Below are positions 19,001-25,436 of a DNA stretch of 49,002 nt, in pieces. The stretch lies in IMG/VR virus record IMGVR_UViG_3300046789_000016, positions 1 to 49,002 of that record, one strand, 5' to 3'. The first letter of the stretch is position 1, and every line of letters begins with the position of its first letter. Below the pieces are notes generated by a model, which saw only the letters and a list, made by a program, of their open reading frames with translations, did no database searches and had not been told where the DNA came from. This DNA is from a virus (taxonomy: Duplodnaviria; Caudoviricetes). Made by a program: the position numbers and the translations under genes.

Positions 19001-20378
19001 GAACACCATGAAGTGGGACGACTCCGTCAACATCGCCAACGAGCTCTACGCCGCTGCCCTGGACGCCGAGAACGCGGGCGGCCCCGAGGACCTGGCCCTC
19101 TCGGCGGGCTTCATGGTCAACATGGTCATGGGCTTCGAGCGCATGCTCCTGGAGAACTCCTTCGTCAACAGCCTGTACACGACGATGGACAAGTACGACC
19201 GTGACCCCTGGACCATCCAGGACGTCGATACGACGGGGACGATCCAGCGCAACGACTTCGGGACTCCGATGGAGACCGACGCGCTGGAGCAGTACCTCAA
19301 CGACGCCGGGGAGATCCAGGAGGGCTACGCGGGCCGGAGCAAGGAAGAGGTCATCCTCCGCCAGCTCGGAGAGAACCGCGCCACGCTCGGCTTCTTCGGC
19401 TCGCTGTTCACCGGCACGCTCGGCACTCAGAACTCCCTCCTGCGCTACGACCAGGCAGTGAAGGAGCGGACGCTCAACCGCAACGAGCTCACCGACGAGG
19501 CGGCCACGGAGCTCCTGCTCAGCGAGTGGGACCCGAAGATCGGCGCCGAGATCCTCACCGCCGAGGGAGGACTCGCGATCATGCGGGGAATCCAGGCCGG
19601 GAGCGTCAAGACCGGTGACCCGTCGCTCCAGAACGTCTTCATCAGCCCGGAGCAGCGTCGCGTCATCCAGGACCACCTGCTCGCCGAGCTCATGCAGGAG
19701 GGCCTGGACCTGGGTCTCGACCACGACCAGGCCGCGAAGCGCGCGGACAACGTGTGGTACGGCAGCAAGACGAACCAGTACGCCCAGCCCCTCTGGGAGA
19801 TCGTCTGGAGCCAGGGCAAGTTCGCCGTCGACCAGGGCGGCATCGAGTTCCAGCCCAGCATCAAGTACCAGCAGCTCAACACCACGTACGTACTCGGTCC
19901 CGGCGGCGTCCCGTACGCTACTGGGGTGGCACGCAGCAGCCTCTACAACTTCTGGGGTATGGCTCCGCTGCAGATGTTCGCCGGGGCCGAGGGCAACATG
20001 GGGCAGGACGAGCTGCTCAACACGACCGACCCGTTCGCCGACATCAACACCGGCCTCCGCAGCCTCGAGCGCGTCGGTAGCAACTGGGACAACCCCACTC
20101 TCGAGGACATCCAGAAGAGCATGGAGGAGGGCTTCCAGGACGTCGTTGACGCCATCACGAAGCCGTCCTGGTCGAACGATCCCTACGCCAGGTTCGGCGG
20201 CGGTGGAGGCGGCGGTGGCGGAGGCTACTCGTACCGCGTCAACAGCCCCGAGCGCATGGACGTGACGTACGCCCGCAACATCCCCTACGTGAACGCAGAT
20301 AACCCGACTCTGCGTCGCGCTACAATTAGACGAGAACGCTTCTCGGCTGAGCGAGGAAGGCTGAACCAGTGGCAGTAG
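7029..20378 (+). CDS. giant virion-associated protein (~4,449 aa); putative two-barrel virion RNA polymerase / DNA-ejection protein
   Basis: 13.35-kb open frame (from 6960; GTG 7029 has SD GAGGGG). Contains SRDP (9450-9461) and MDFDGD (9600-9617), and an N-terminal Gly-zipper hydrophobic stretch. First gene of the virion arm; its end overlaps the portal start. The CDS is certain, the function inferred. Confidence 0.7.
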   Translation: MAGWRDNIEQIQSDAAVAAPTGLQQELPGAETGWRGNLQALQSGQPRSASWTTGGRQGGQQNGWDTEFYNTMYAQQDEELEKGTLGNWQARSDYTGISIYDGRKDATGRAVEFGDVYDKGQFKGNILKGSGGYDEDQAYQVLLSLMPVDPEEERRTYAKSQSDPTAVKTTVEAARKRLARESEQAATRDLYNKNVADVKEDWQKNTGGGDATLVAAAGGLGGAVLGAAAGAGIGALFGGIAAIPGAVIGGVLGGLGLGTAGAATAWMNQDQIIDQAARASVQTGMAERDYGNGLATGLRQWGGVAGSAIAPTTNLVQGVTDLVAGEVGDDHAAYYEIERDWTLTALGMGAGFADAALQFSSGLGASLYMGTMLSTTVGGVGQLALNQNDENRGFATGATFDDRTGTFHAPEDPLQWASAIGAVGIDAVQLGGAGAIYRSAALLGSKRGAMSATGEATQVRNGLLDKIAAHQRSTETIAGRVFKKDADGNVISSRASMTLLAPSEAVQWMSARASALRQKAQGASLQPDDLYQAARQLQSGANPVKQALINGFAEGSEEGVQAILEPLSHGWTATLPEIAEAAAMGFATGAGMSAGARLGRTSPDQRDYDQANSLREIAGVGRYTPQQWKKLSAGEKAIARDGSQILDSVLKDAANKAVVGQEEVEVDSQAALLRRTDAIRAVQAAEAKSASPALDTTMLVTLHSSTSTPARAIVSSLETAIGNLTRHGEGLMQAAVEASDPVKKQQYGEIAAANVALLNKISADAEIARNGATFADRSAATQRINAEFQAAWRSTELPINRAVSLMFSRDPQDNTNSGVVLFPQISEVLSEYGRNLTDGRNGNGVLQVGAGILQGTTMDFDGDRLRLRAHLVLDDNAYVKARNGSTVLGFAEKGGVNVGTRDFEKTMGRKLAVAAGDPTDVNSVLAGQTLDTLKIELLRDLGTYPGIEKHVDDLITAMKAGVDTAKQDFMRVIAQTDPDAIRDIGQNGTPGQPGMIDPWLEIIDPAYMRALETYRDSAARPPVEINTTSPVKGNPLANAYPNQGSRSAATPGSTMATQSPGIEPIRQFMGLHYGEYRSSVDAARTSGEMNSIRESLVMWYEAITGGMLRSAKENVLAKDEVTQETLRILNRLSDAYAPDVAPRSLRSFSISGLTVPNVDRHGTDHGGYISIAQAVLRDVAERYEQRDAGVLDALPELQAKYRAYKSASSYQAFVEVFDSTPLMQILGTGAANFGNVTVGQAARMYRNWDAPTREKAREELKLDGRYSKAIHHDLPYNMNDFASGAISEYQIVVDSFIGFADKQLAVDQKTGEIHGIEAERDDQAVESLEQSLGRFKRALTEFEALYASGRSRRKLSPEAREQAFMRALDQNQSAGRALFAAFPDEVANVLITPVAGGKVTLAKWFFQMLTASTEQEAAMIYFRESFYGKLRAFDALDDTRNSPDTLLQVYIELRQMGTDALRMDFDRLLLTSTSIKQFRRDLNKRLVFDRAPIMAFYRDAAAFDAAQTTGGWQLSQPGAQQREALRALETASASFVKAAEREKTVQDGDAVMVEQMLANPNHPNWAILEKRLAQAERLNGGIGPQEMLAAAMAAGLGFYPDATDKGAASSFFAAFGHNSARGETRTWGHGPKKLIEAFLSGNDRDISRNPNVMSRGQRLMDRQGRKITWTRPDARQFLELWRDPQMTPLLRATIFPSVWTNPDGDQLSQKMLVGQSLTELLENTTYTRILTGTTDQDIMSYVAMADSLAPNYGESYPLYRMGQDLFTARMASKRARTPDEAERELMQAFRDVVTVARRAADMPPELLQSDFLDILTELERATPLSSMEHEFSKVVLASFDNQVSDLRDAGASATAIAEAETTADAVGRMLGANNNEVGDVIRFYTIDWSSPDASAKVDAIYDEIVAIPELADSVGGKDGEMVREIVTEARERGRSGRVLMSTDEATEHKYWEAAARAIAQQKIDALTIAAVSGHPTAGIPAGKIAGRGKYWDSTFRYLIEPITKENSGLLSSLRELRTNIVGNVDSQSGPKDLAMAVRATIYREHSLGDWNPYVALAHVEGQNRIDSSGAGDQVEGAGIAYDEEAALSAATRRTDLDPLDPANKVTVAPRRYEISSDVLQNDDAILQDDAIRDDKGRVAPLLLLNGRFILPTVSITVNGQQISLNLGHPKPGYHSPATENTSHSTLLATTIQALRRSIDAALPAPGTPYTLNVELLHPDDQPVGEKWANNVFFEGVLTENGGDWHNSLNGAAYFAPGGINSSEQRAALDAVKSALMAVRPPDVPGQEEVYALEDVNDLSATLQAKQLEIYRRNSGHGTLDQSMAVAIAKVLKSHHAVRAEFQPDPEGEVLVYLFSAEEVLAHQALHGPGTFPDVAGIPTLNHELVVLNTANLRTLIGDTGTRTTVQAFTNDLTIDSSNVRPWTGQFDQGHVREVMPGLLESEEGDIRTSALVSRPYLSQLTLQETLTPKARTMFSQKKLEQGERLIVVRNAREGQGAERIAAFTARNSKRLEEDNAWRSKLPVLDLRQAGFNHQLPTVIDETTKTIVEAKAYSQFKKVLTFDKFRALWFMTADTSITGDRFNDGILRRIEDLDDVRSKDGRGNNLAAEDGLMIDLQIFASSAAPEVEMGRLFNKATSLGLTIVLVNGVRKDLEYTAGRLLRGEYGYTNVPGSSTIFVENDRSEQYQTAEAHTSILGETHAIDDASVILNFHTRDIQGVWENSSYVDVTANAAHVEVENVRDLVPVGAYDWFGMPQDQEQRAEVRRRLQVMLDDPQGLVHLARLTAMANGEDVTTLAPERIQKLASEMSELLTYAIENFDDGTGKPRVGSRLRTGDLVAMIDHRGQTILYRHGHKPPRDMLDVTQQLELKFEGTNPAIPTGGGWAVYGSEALPTATTHDLTIRSWDEKSQYGLTVQGGIPLSAYGLKSAYEESGMKTVGKPIDEADFVPPVNDVVTGHRIREYTYRDDNVSKENVPGVLGNARNAITLLGANFAPAIAQTLFNITPTEWMSMSRVDQEVHRTRANELLLSISRDSTYSLAIVDKLIQSDFSNPMSDGSKAIELLLASELMSQYNLAPDLSTNLQSGLTPQQQITRAAILYMLAPNAHPRHIMYSPGFGVKKEADGLQSIEMPRVFTQIFDRAAFTTDPTKPGLRAFFFQMLNDQIPNDQVPAGAPSQGYTLLENWDFVITSPDGRAPRVGLLQFARVVSTGDSITIQEQSANQGGKQQASAQYAKVAEQAFNASFGQPAVGKKTNDFAARKNITSIKTVEDLFKMMQGGNRTQPVKIGPRATRVVSRAGREYVRAGKIAMKAFRQPLDLSQWDENDKVEYQQRREALLREHGIDPKYWGMVDGWVRQWLAAPKDENAKDAAAEGPVSWQAARDALNQITTNMKAGVLPVHDAAVPLMHRNDLWLLFQAAKAGGWAPWTGSKGPRAQTWEQFVDVALGSGSSQLEAWLLTPTDGFLHTYRDNEETLLGAPLTMNQMKNLQLLDEGTDELVVSFDPGTRTLLNETPIFDFNTATYEDIFGGQIHAGVYQGKYPPKSAMARRVRSTSKWKSQRDMQEQMRQSLGDVRQVGFHFRNEGTTTNAALRIMINVRVAQGLANPLLMVTAPVETFFRTTLEESARLISGDSLLGRGKAFNQVFRRATQNMSGSQAFKAMVHNDLFQHPHLYNAHRLEKISSDAARVFGKAQDPSYGIRQKTSAKHYALAVVDFVEQSGRGNITAEAALELMSRNPVAFRQRHPEAHQFGLNAIANLRSIKATPQSLLFRATVDAAASNPHLALNVPTNLFLKLPFVFNNYAFNFAENILGVRGANQAFSLFLSGNKGGKSLGRLQAFLAGEKYVEGEHGIDVLGETQGAIDFSNAFIRDGLTHTSLMAIGAIMGQLGLSGEDDEDRRRKRAAKLQGTALMDDPRDLAEDWRNVDTIYLDSIPILNEWFKAGDGEHSPATMHWTIKQFVSPFLGITKFIDTGDPRQVMWGFEDALFAMPLVNTMKWDDSVNIANELYAAALDAENAGGPEDLALSAGFMVNMVMGFERMLLENSFVNSLYTTMDKYDRDPWTIQDVDTTGTIQRNDFGTPMETDALEQYLNDAGEIQEGYAGRSKEEVILRQLGENRATLGFFGSLFTGTLGTQNSLLRYDQAVKERTLNRNELTDEAATELLLSEWDPKIGAEILTAEGGLAIMRGIQAGSVKTGDPSLQNVFISPEQRRVIQDHLLAELMQEGLDLGLDHDQAAKRADNVWYGSKTNQYAQPLWEIVWSQGKFAVDQGGIEFQPSIKYQQLNTTYVLGPGGVPYATGVARSSLYNFWGMAPLQMFAGAEGNMGQDELLNTTDPFADINTGLRSLERVGSNWDNPTLEDIQKSMEEGFQDVVDAITKPSWSNDPYARFGGGGGGGGGGYSYRVNSPERMDVTYARNIPYVNADNPTLRRATIRRERFSAERGRLNQWQ

Positions 20379-22309
20379 AGCACACGCCGGTCAAGAAGTT
20401 CGAGGACTGGTACGACCGTTACCAGGTTGATGATCAAGACGGGACCATCAGCTTTACGGTCGGGGCGTGCGGCACGTCACTCTACCGCAACTACGACGAC
20501 TACAAGAGGGAGATGGACGCGCGAGTCGTCAACTACGATTCCCTCCTGAAGCAGGCGAACGCCGAGGTCGTCAGCGAGAAGCCCGACCTCCCCAACGTCA
20601 GCTCCGGTGAGGTCGCGGGCATGATCCGGCGAATGGCGCGCAACCTCGTGCAGCACACGCCGAACGTCGACATCGTGAGTATCTACGACGACGACAGCGC
20701 GGCGGGCGTCTTCGTCCAGCAGATCCTCAAGAACAAGATCGTCGGTGACGGCGAGTACAGCAACGACATGCAGCAGAAGCTCTTCGCCAGCACCAAGAAC
20801 GCGCTGACGATCGGGTTCGACTGCGTGGTGCCGACGCTACTGCAGGACGCTGGCGGCAGCTGGTACATGAAGTACGACAGCATCAGCTACCGTGATGTGT
20901 TCCCCGAGCCCGGCGCGAAGGACGTGCAGGAGGCGACCGACGTCTTCGTCCGGCGCTACCTCACCAAGGGCGAGGTCATCGGTCTCGTCCGCAACCAGGT
21001 CCACGGCTGGGATCACGCCGCCCTGAAGACGATGCTGAAGACCAACCCGCCGAACAAGGAGCTGCAGAGCGTCTCCCACGCGGAGAAGAAGACGGGCTCG
21101 ATCCCGAAGGGCTACGAGGTCATCACCTGGTACTCGAACACGGGAGACCCGTTCCTCTGGTTCGACGCGCGGAGCAAGGCCCTCCTGCGTATCGAGGAGA
21201 ACAAGCACCCGCTGAAGTGGCACCCGGTGTTCTTCCTCGTGATGGAGAAGGACCTGCAGCAGCCCCTCGGCAAGAGCCAGGTCGAGCTGACCTTCGGCCG
21301 CCAGGAGTTCCAGGACCTGATGCTGAACGGTGCCATGAAGCTGTGGTATCGCAACATCAACCCGGCGATCATCGGGTACGGCACGGTCAACGCCGTCCCG
21401 AACCTGAGTCCGGGCAAGTTCACCCAGATCGCGAACCCCAACGCCAAGCTCGAGGCGTTCGAGGTCAACACCCAGACGCTACTCCAGTTCAACGGGATCA
21501 GCCAGCAGAACGCCGCGAACATGGGGCAGCTCATCGGAGCTGCGGACCAGCAGATGGCGACGCAGAGCACTGGTGGGATGATGAGCCAGACGCCACAGGG
21601 CGTCGAGGCTCAGCAGCAGATGGTGGACATCACCACCAACAACTACCAGAAGGCCATCGAGCAGTTCTTCTCTCGGTACTGCAGCTACGCCCTGACGGTG
21701 TACTTCGCCGAGCTGAAGGGCAGCGTCGGCAACGTTGTCCCCACCGCCGACACTCGCAAGGCGCTGATCAACGCTGGCCTGAAGCCGGAGGTCCACTTCA
21801 ACGAGGACGGCTCGCTGAAGGACGTGGAGTTCGACAAGCTCGCCACGGAGTACTTCGTCCGCACCGTGCCCGGCTCTCTCGTCGAGCTCGAGGACGAGAA
21901 GCAGCTGCGGATCCTGAACCAGCTGTTCATCCCGCTCTCGCAGAGCATGCCTGCCCTCGCGAACAGCGGTGACCCGGAGGCCCTGCGCAAGGCCAGTGCG
22001 GCAATGATGTTCATCATCCAGCGTGAGATCGAGCTCAGTGGCAGCAGTCACTCGACCGACATCGCGAACCTCTGGAAGCAGGGAGCGACGCCCGAGGCGA
22101 CCGCCCCGGCCGACAACAGTGCCGCGTTCGAGGCTCGTCTCAACGACCTGGACACCAACACGAACGAGGACCTGGACAAGATCATCCAGATCCAGGCCAC
22201 CCAGCAGGACCAGCTGACGGGCATTCGAGAGGCTCTCGACCTGATTATGCAGAACTCAGGTATCCCAAACCAGCAAACCGCAGCTCCTGAACCTACAACC
22301 GTTCTATAA
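20369..22309 (+). CDS. portal protein (646 aa)
   Basis: Size, position before the capsid gene, helical composition, FPEPGAK motif and coiled-coil C-terminus, as in P22-like podoviral portals. Confidence 0.7.
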   Translation: MAVEHTPVKKFEDWYDRYQVDDQDGTISFTVGACGTSLYRNYDDYKREMDARVVNYDSLLKQANAEVVSEKPDLPNVSSGEVAGMIRRMARNLVQHTPNVDIVSIYDDDSAAGVFVQQILKNKIVGDGEYSNDMQQKLFASTKNALTIGFDCVVPTLLQDAGGSWYMKYDSISYRDVFPEPGAKDVQEATDVFVRRYLTKGEVIGLVRNQVHGWDHAALKTMLKTNPPNKELQSVSHAEKKTGSIPKGYEVITWYSNTGDPFLWFDARSKALLRIEENKHPLKWHPVFFLVMEKDLQQPLGKSQVELTFGRQEFQDLMLNGAMKLWYRNINPAIIGYGTVNAVPNLSPGKFTQIANPNAKLEAFEVNTQTLLQFNGISQQNAANMGQLIGAADQQMATQSTGGMMSQTPQGVEAQQQMVDITTNNYQKAIEQFFSRYCSYALTVYFAELKGSVGNVVPTADTRKALINAGLKPEVHFNEDGSLKDVEFDKLATEYFVRTVPGSLVELEDEKQLRILNQLFIPLSQSMPALANSGDPEALRKASAAMMFIIQREIELSGSSHSTDIANLWKQGATPEATAPADNSAAFEARLNDLDTNTNEDLDKIIQIQATQQDQLTGIREALDLIMQNSGIPNQQTAAPEPTTVL

Positions 22310-22390
22310 CGGCTACAACTTCTGCAACCATAAGGCAGAATAGAGACGTCGGACAGCCCGGCGCAGACACCCCTGAAAGGAGGGAGTAGG

Positions 22391-24007
22391 ATGGTCGCAC
22401 CAGTCCAGAAGGACAGCCTCACCGACTACCAGGTCGCGCTGGCAACGTACCTCCGAATCTCGTCCCCCATCGCCGGTATGTTCACCGGCAACGAGATCAA
22501 GCCCAACCCGAACGCCCGCAGCATCAAGGTGCCCGATATCCGGGTCGACGACTACATCGTCGACGCCGAGCTCGGCCGCATCGGTGCAGACCACTACTCC
22601 GGCTCCGAGTTCACCTCGGAGTGGAAGAACGGCATCCCGCCGATCTTCTGGCGCGAGTACTCGATGTCTCGCCACCGCGCCTTCGGGTTCACCGTCTTCG
22701 ACGAGCAGCTGCAGTACAACCCGCTCAAGGGCACCATCGTCCAGGAGTACACCGGCCGCAAGATGCAGACCACGGTCCTGCGCGACCACGACAAGTACTG
22801 CCTGCTCGCAGCGATCTCCGGCCACATGACCGGCAAGCTCGTGCCTCGCACGTCGGCGGACACCGTCGGCCCGGCCACCCCGGACGTCCACCGCATCGCC
22901 AACACCGGCAACGCGGCGGACTACAAGTGGATCGCCGAGCCCGGTGAGACCTACGACAACGAGATCCAGCCGAGCTTCGCGACCGTCAAGGGCATGTTCC
23001 TCGACGACCTGAAGCCGCTCGACACCCTCGACGCGCTGACGCTGCTGTTCTCGGACAACTGGTTCGACAGCAACTTCGGCAACAACGAGCGGTTCCTGCT
23101 CATCACCTCGGCGCTCGAGCTCGTGTACATCAACGACCTCATCTCCAAGGGTGCAGGCACCGAGAGCGCGTTCAAGCTCCTCAAGGACGGCGACATCTCG
23201 GGCGCGAACGCCGCGGGCTACCTCGGCACGCTGAAGGGCTCGTGGAAGCTCGTCAAGATGCACCCCGAGTTCTTCCCGAAGGTCTTCACGGACGCCTCGC
23301 TCGTCGTCGACCCGATGGCGAAGACCGGTGACGCAGGCAAGACGCTGCGCCAGGTCGTCGCTCTCGCGGCCTACAAGGGCTCGATCCAGACCTACGAGCA
23401 CTTCAGCGAGCGTCGCCAGCAGGACGGCGGCACGCGCTTCAAGGGCACCGAGTACGTGCAGGACTTCTCCTACGACGCCTGGGCCATCGACCAGCTGTCG
23501 GAGGGCATCGTCCCGCTCTTCCTGCCCGGCTCGACGACCAACCTGACGATCGTGAACACCTCGTTCACGAACGTCGCGGCCAAGGTCGCTGCAGCCCGCG
23601 CACAGACCGGCATCGTCCAGGGACAGACCTACCCGCTGTCCGGCCCCGACACCGTGCTGTCGAAGCCCGAGTGGTTCCACGGCGACTACGAGTCGACCAC
23701 GAACCTCAACACTGGTCTCACCATCCAGGAGACCGGTGACATCGCGCACCGCAACCCGCTCATCGCCGCGGACTACACGACCGACTCGCTGGAGGCTTCC
23801 GGCCTCGAAGAGGTCACGCTCGACGCCGCGACCGCCCGTGCCAACACCACGGCTGTCGTGCTCGGCGACAAGCGGAAGTTCACGAACAACAGCCTGTGGG
23901 AGGTCACCACGGGCGGCACGACCGCAGCGGCCCAGCCGTCGCTCACCGGCAAGAACATCGGCGCGAGCCTGACCGACGGTTCCGTCGTCTGGCGCCGCCT
24001 GCTCTAG
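22391..24007 (+). CDS. major capsid protein with C-terminal extension (538 aa)
   Basis: Strong SD AAGGAGG and very biased codons; HK97-like pattern (SIKVPDI, F-x-V-x-D, RFLLITS, YDAW); followed by a strong hairpin. Confidence 0.75.
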   Translation: MVAPVQKDSLTDYQVALATYLRISSPIAGMFTGNEIKPNPNARSIKVPDIRVDDYIVDAELGRIGADHYSGSEFTSEWKNGIPPIFWREYSMSRHRAFGFTVFDEQLQYNPLKGTIVQEYTGRKMQTTVLRDHDKYCLLAAISGHMTGKLVPRTSADTVGPATPDVHRIANTGNAADYKWIAEPGETYDNEIQPSFATVKGMFLDDLKPLDTLDALTLLFSDNWFDSNFGNNERFLLITSALELVYINDLISKGAGTESAFKLLKDGDISGANAAGYLGTLKGSWKLVKMHPEFFPKVFTDASLVVDPMAKTGDAGKTLRQVVALAAYKGSIQTYEHFSERRQQDGGTRFKGTEYVQDFSYDAWAIDQLSEGIVPLFLPGSTTNLTIVNTSFTNVAAKVAAARAQTGIVQGQTYPLSGPDTVLSKPEWFHGDYESTTNLNTGLTIQETGDIAHRNPLIAADYTTDSLEASGLEEVTLDAATARANTTAVVLGDKRKFTNNSLWEVTTGGTTAAAQPSLTGKNIGASLTDGSVVWRRLL

Positions 24008-24013
24008 CCCGTC

Positions 24014-24040
24014 GGGGCCGGGTCACAGTGACCCGGCCCC
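24014..24040 (+). terminator. 13-bp palindromic hairpin after the capsid gene
   Basis: GGGGCCGGGTCAC-A-GTGACCCGGCCCC. Confidence 0.6.
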
Positions 24041-24059
24041 ATCCCTCGCCCGAAAGGAT

Positions 24060-24248
24060 GTGAACGACATGGACCAGCTGATCGAACTGCTCAACCAGAT
24101 CCAGGAACTCGCAGGCGTTGCCATCGACGCCCTGTCCGAGGCTGGCGCTGGCGGTGAAGGTGGCGGAGGCGGCGAAGGCGGGCAGGCTCCCGGCGGCCCC
24201 TCCGGACCCCCGCCTGGAGGCCCGCCCTCCGAGGAACCCCCGGCCTGA
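24060..24248 (+). CDS. small protein: amphipathic helix plus Gly/Pro tail
   Basis: SD AAAGGA; MDQLIELLNQIQELAGVAIDAL...; flanked by hairpins; start is 24060 or 24069. Confidence 0.7.
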   Translation: MNDMDQLIELLNQIQELAGVAIDALSEAGAGGEGGGGGEGGQAPGGPSGPPPGGPPSEEPPA

Positions 24249-24257
24249 CCGGACCCA

Positions 24258-24299
24258 TTAGGGCCGAGGCGACGCTTCCGAGCCTCGTCTCGGCCCTAA
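24258..24299 (+). terminator. intergenic hairpin
   Basis: TTAGGGCCGAGGCGA...TCGTCTCGGCCCTAA. Confidence 0.5.
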
Positions 24300-24320
24300 C
24301 CCTACTTGAGAGGAGGGGCG

Positions 24321-25436
24321 ATGCCTACACTCGGTAACACGCCGAAGACCCAGACCATCCTGCGTCTCGCGGCACGGAAGAGCTACTCGCTCGCTCTCTT
24401 CCTCGTTGATCGCAACGAGAAGCCCTTCAACCTCTCTACCGCGACGATCACTCTCGTCGCCAAGCGCGAGCCCCTCGACCCCACGGACGACGACGACGGC
24501 GACAACCTGATCGTCAACTCGACCGCGGACATCGTCTTCGCAGAGGGCGGCTACGCTCGCTTCAACCTGCAGGCGTCCGACCTCGACCACGAGCCTGGCG
24601 AGTACCCGTTCACGATGACGATCATCGACGGTGGCTACTCGTTCCCGCTGGCGGCAGGCCCTCTCGAGATCGTGGAGAACAGCGAGTTCGCTTCGAGCGA
24701 CGAGGTCTACGACCCCGACCTCGGCGAGTTCGCCAGCTCGCTGCAGGTCACGCTGCAGAACCGTCAGGTCCTCAAGATCATCACCGGCCCCACCCTTGCG
24801 CCGGGAACCGTCGGGTTCACCGACGCAGACAAGGACAAGCTCGACTCGCTCCTCGTGGAGGCACAGCTGCCTCCCGACGGAGTGGCCGGCGAGGTCCTGA
24901 TGAAGGTCACCGACACCGACTACGACGTGGACTGGGGCGTGGTCGACGAAGACGGCGTCGTGGACATGATCGAGGATCCGGACGACCCCGGCTTCTTCAT
25001 CCCCGACGACGAGACCGTGGGGCTCGAGGACGACCCCGACGACGAGGGAACGTTCATCCTCGGCACGGGCTCCCTCGACGCCACGGACGTCCCGGCCGGT
25101 CGCGTGCCCGTCGCTCTCGGCAACGACTACTGGAGTTGGGACGAGATCGAGACGACCGTCTCCAGCCTCGACGACGTGGCGGACAGTGACACGCGTCTCG
25201 CCATGACGCCGGAGGAGCGCGCGCAGCTCGCCCTCGTCCCCACCACGTTCGGCACCGCCGCGATGGAGGACGTGGAGGCGTTCGAGCCTGCGGGCGCGAA
25301 CATCGACGCGGCCCGCATCACGACCGGCGTCATCGACGATGACCGCATCCCGCTCGTCTCCGCCCTGCGTGGCTGGACTCACGGCACTGCCGCCCCGTCC
25401 GGTCCTCCAGGAACGATCTACCTGAAGCACAGCTGA
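24321..25436 (+). CDS. minor tail / fibre-anchoring protein (371 aa)
   Basis: SD GAGGAGG; BppU-like N-terminal beta pattern (FNLSTATITL...ARFNLQASD...GEY); GEVLMKVTDTDYDVDW fibre motif; C-terminal GTIYLK. Confidence 0.65.
   Translation: MPTLGNTPKTQTILRLAARKSYSLALFLVDRNEKPFNLSTATITLVAKREPLDPTDDDDGDNLIVNSTADIVFAEGGYARFNLQASDLDHEPGEYPFTMTIIDGGYSFPLAAGPLEIVENSEFASSDEVYDPDLGEFASSLQVTLQNRQVLKIITGPTLAPGTVGFTDADKDKLDSLLVEAQLPPDGVAGEVLMKVTDTDYDVDWGVVDEDGVVDMIEDPDDPGFFIPDDETVGLEDDPDDEGTFILGTGSLDATDVPAGRVPVALGNDYWSWDEIETTVSSLDDVADSDTRLAMTPEERAQLALVPTTFGTAAMEDVEAFEPAGANIDAARITTGVIDDDRIPLVSALRGWTHGTAAPSGPPGTIYLKHS

Noticed and set aside
9585-19724. Very long antisense ORFs (9585..14114, 14121..16355, 16569..19724) and similar ones elsewhere (7452..9209, 43979..45808)
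   Set aside because: Shadow frames of strongly GC3-biased genes; no SD, and atypical V/L/R/G-rich composition.
7029-20378. Giant gene as a tape-measure protein
   Set aside because: No major tail tube or tail chaperone genes, no periodic TMP repeats, and a mixed alpha/beta composition; nozzle/adaptor-like genes point to a short tail.
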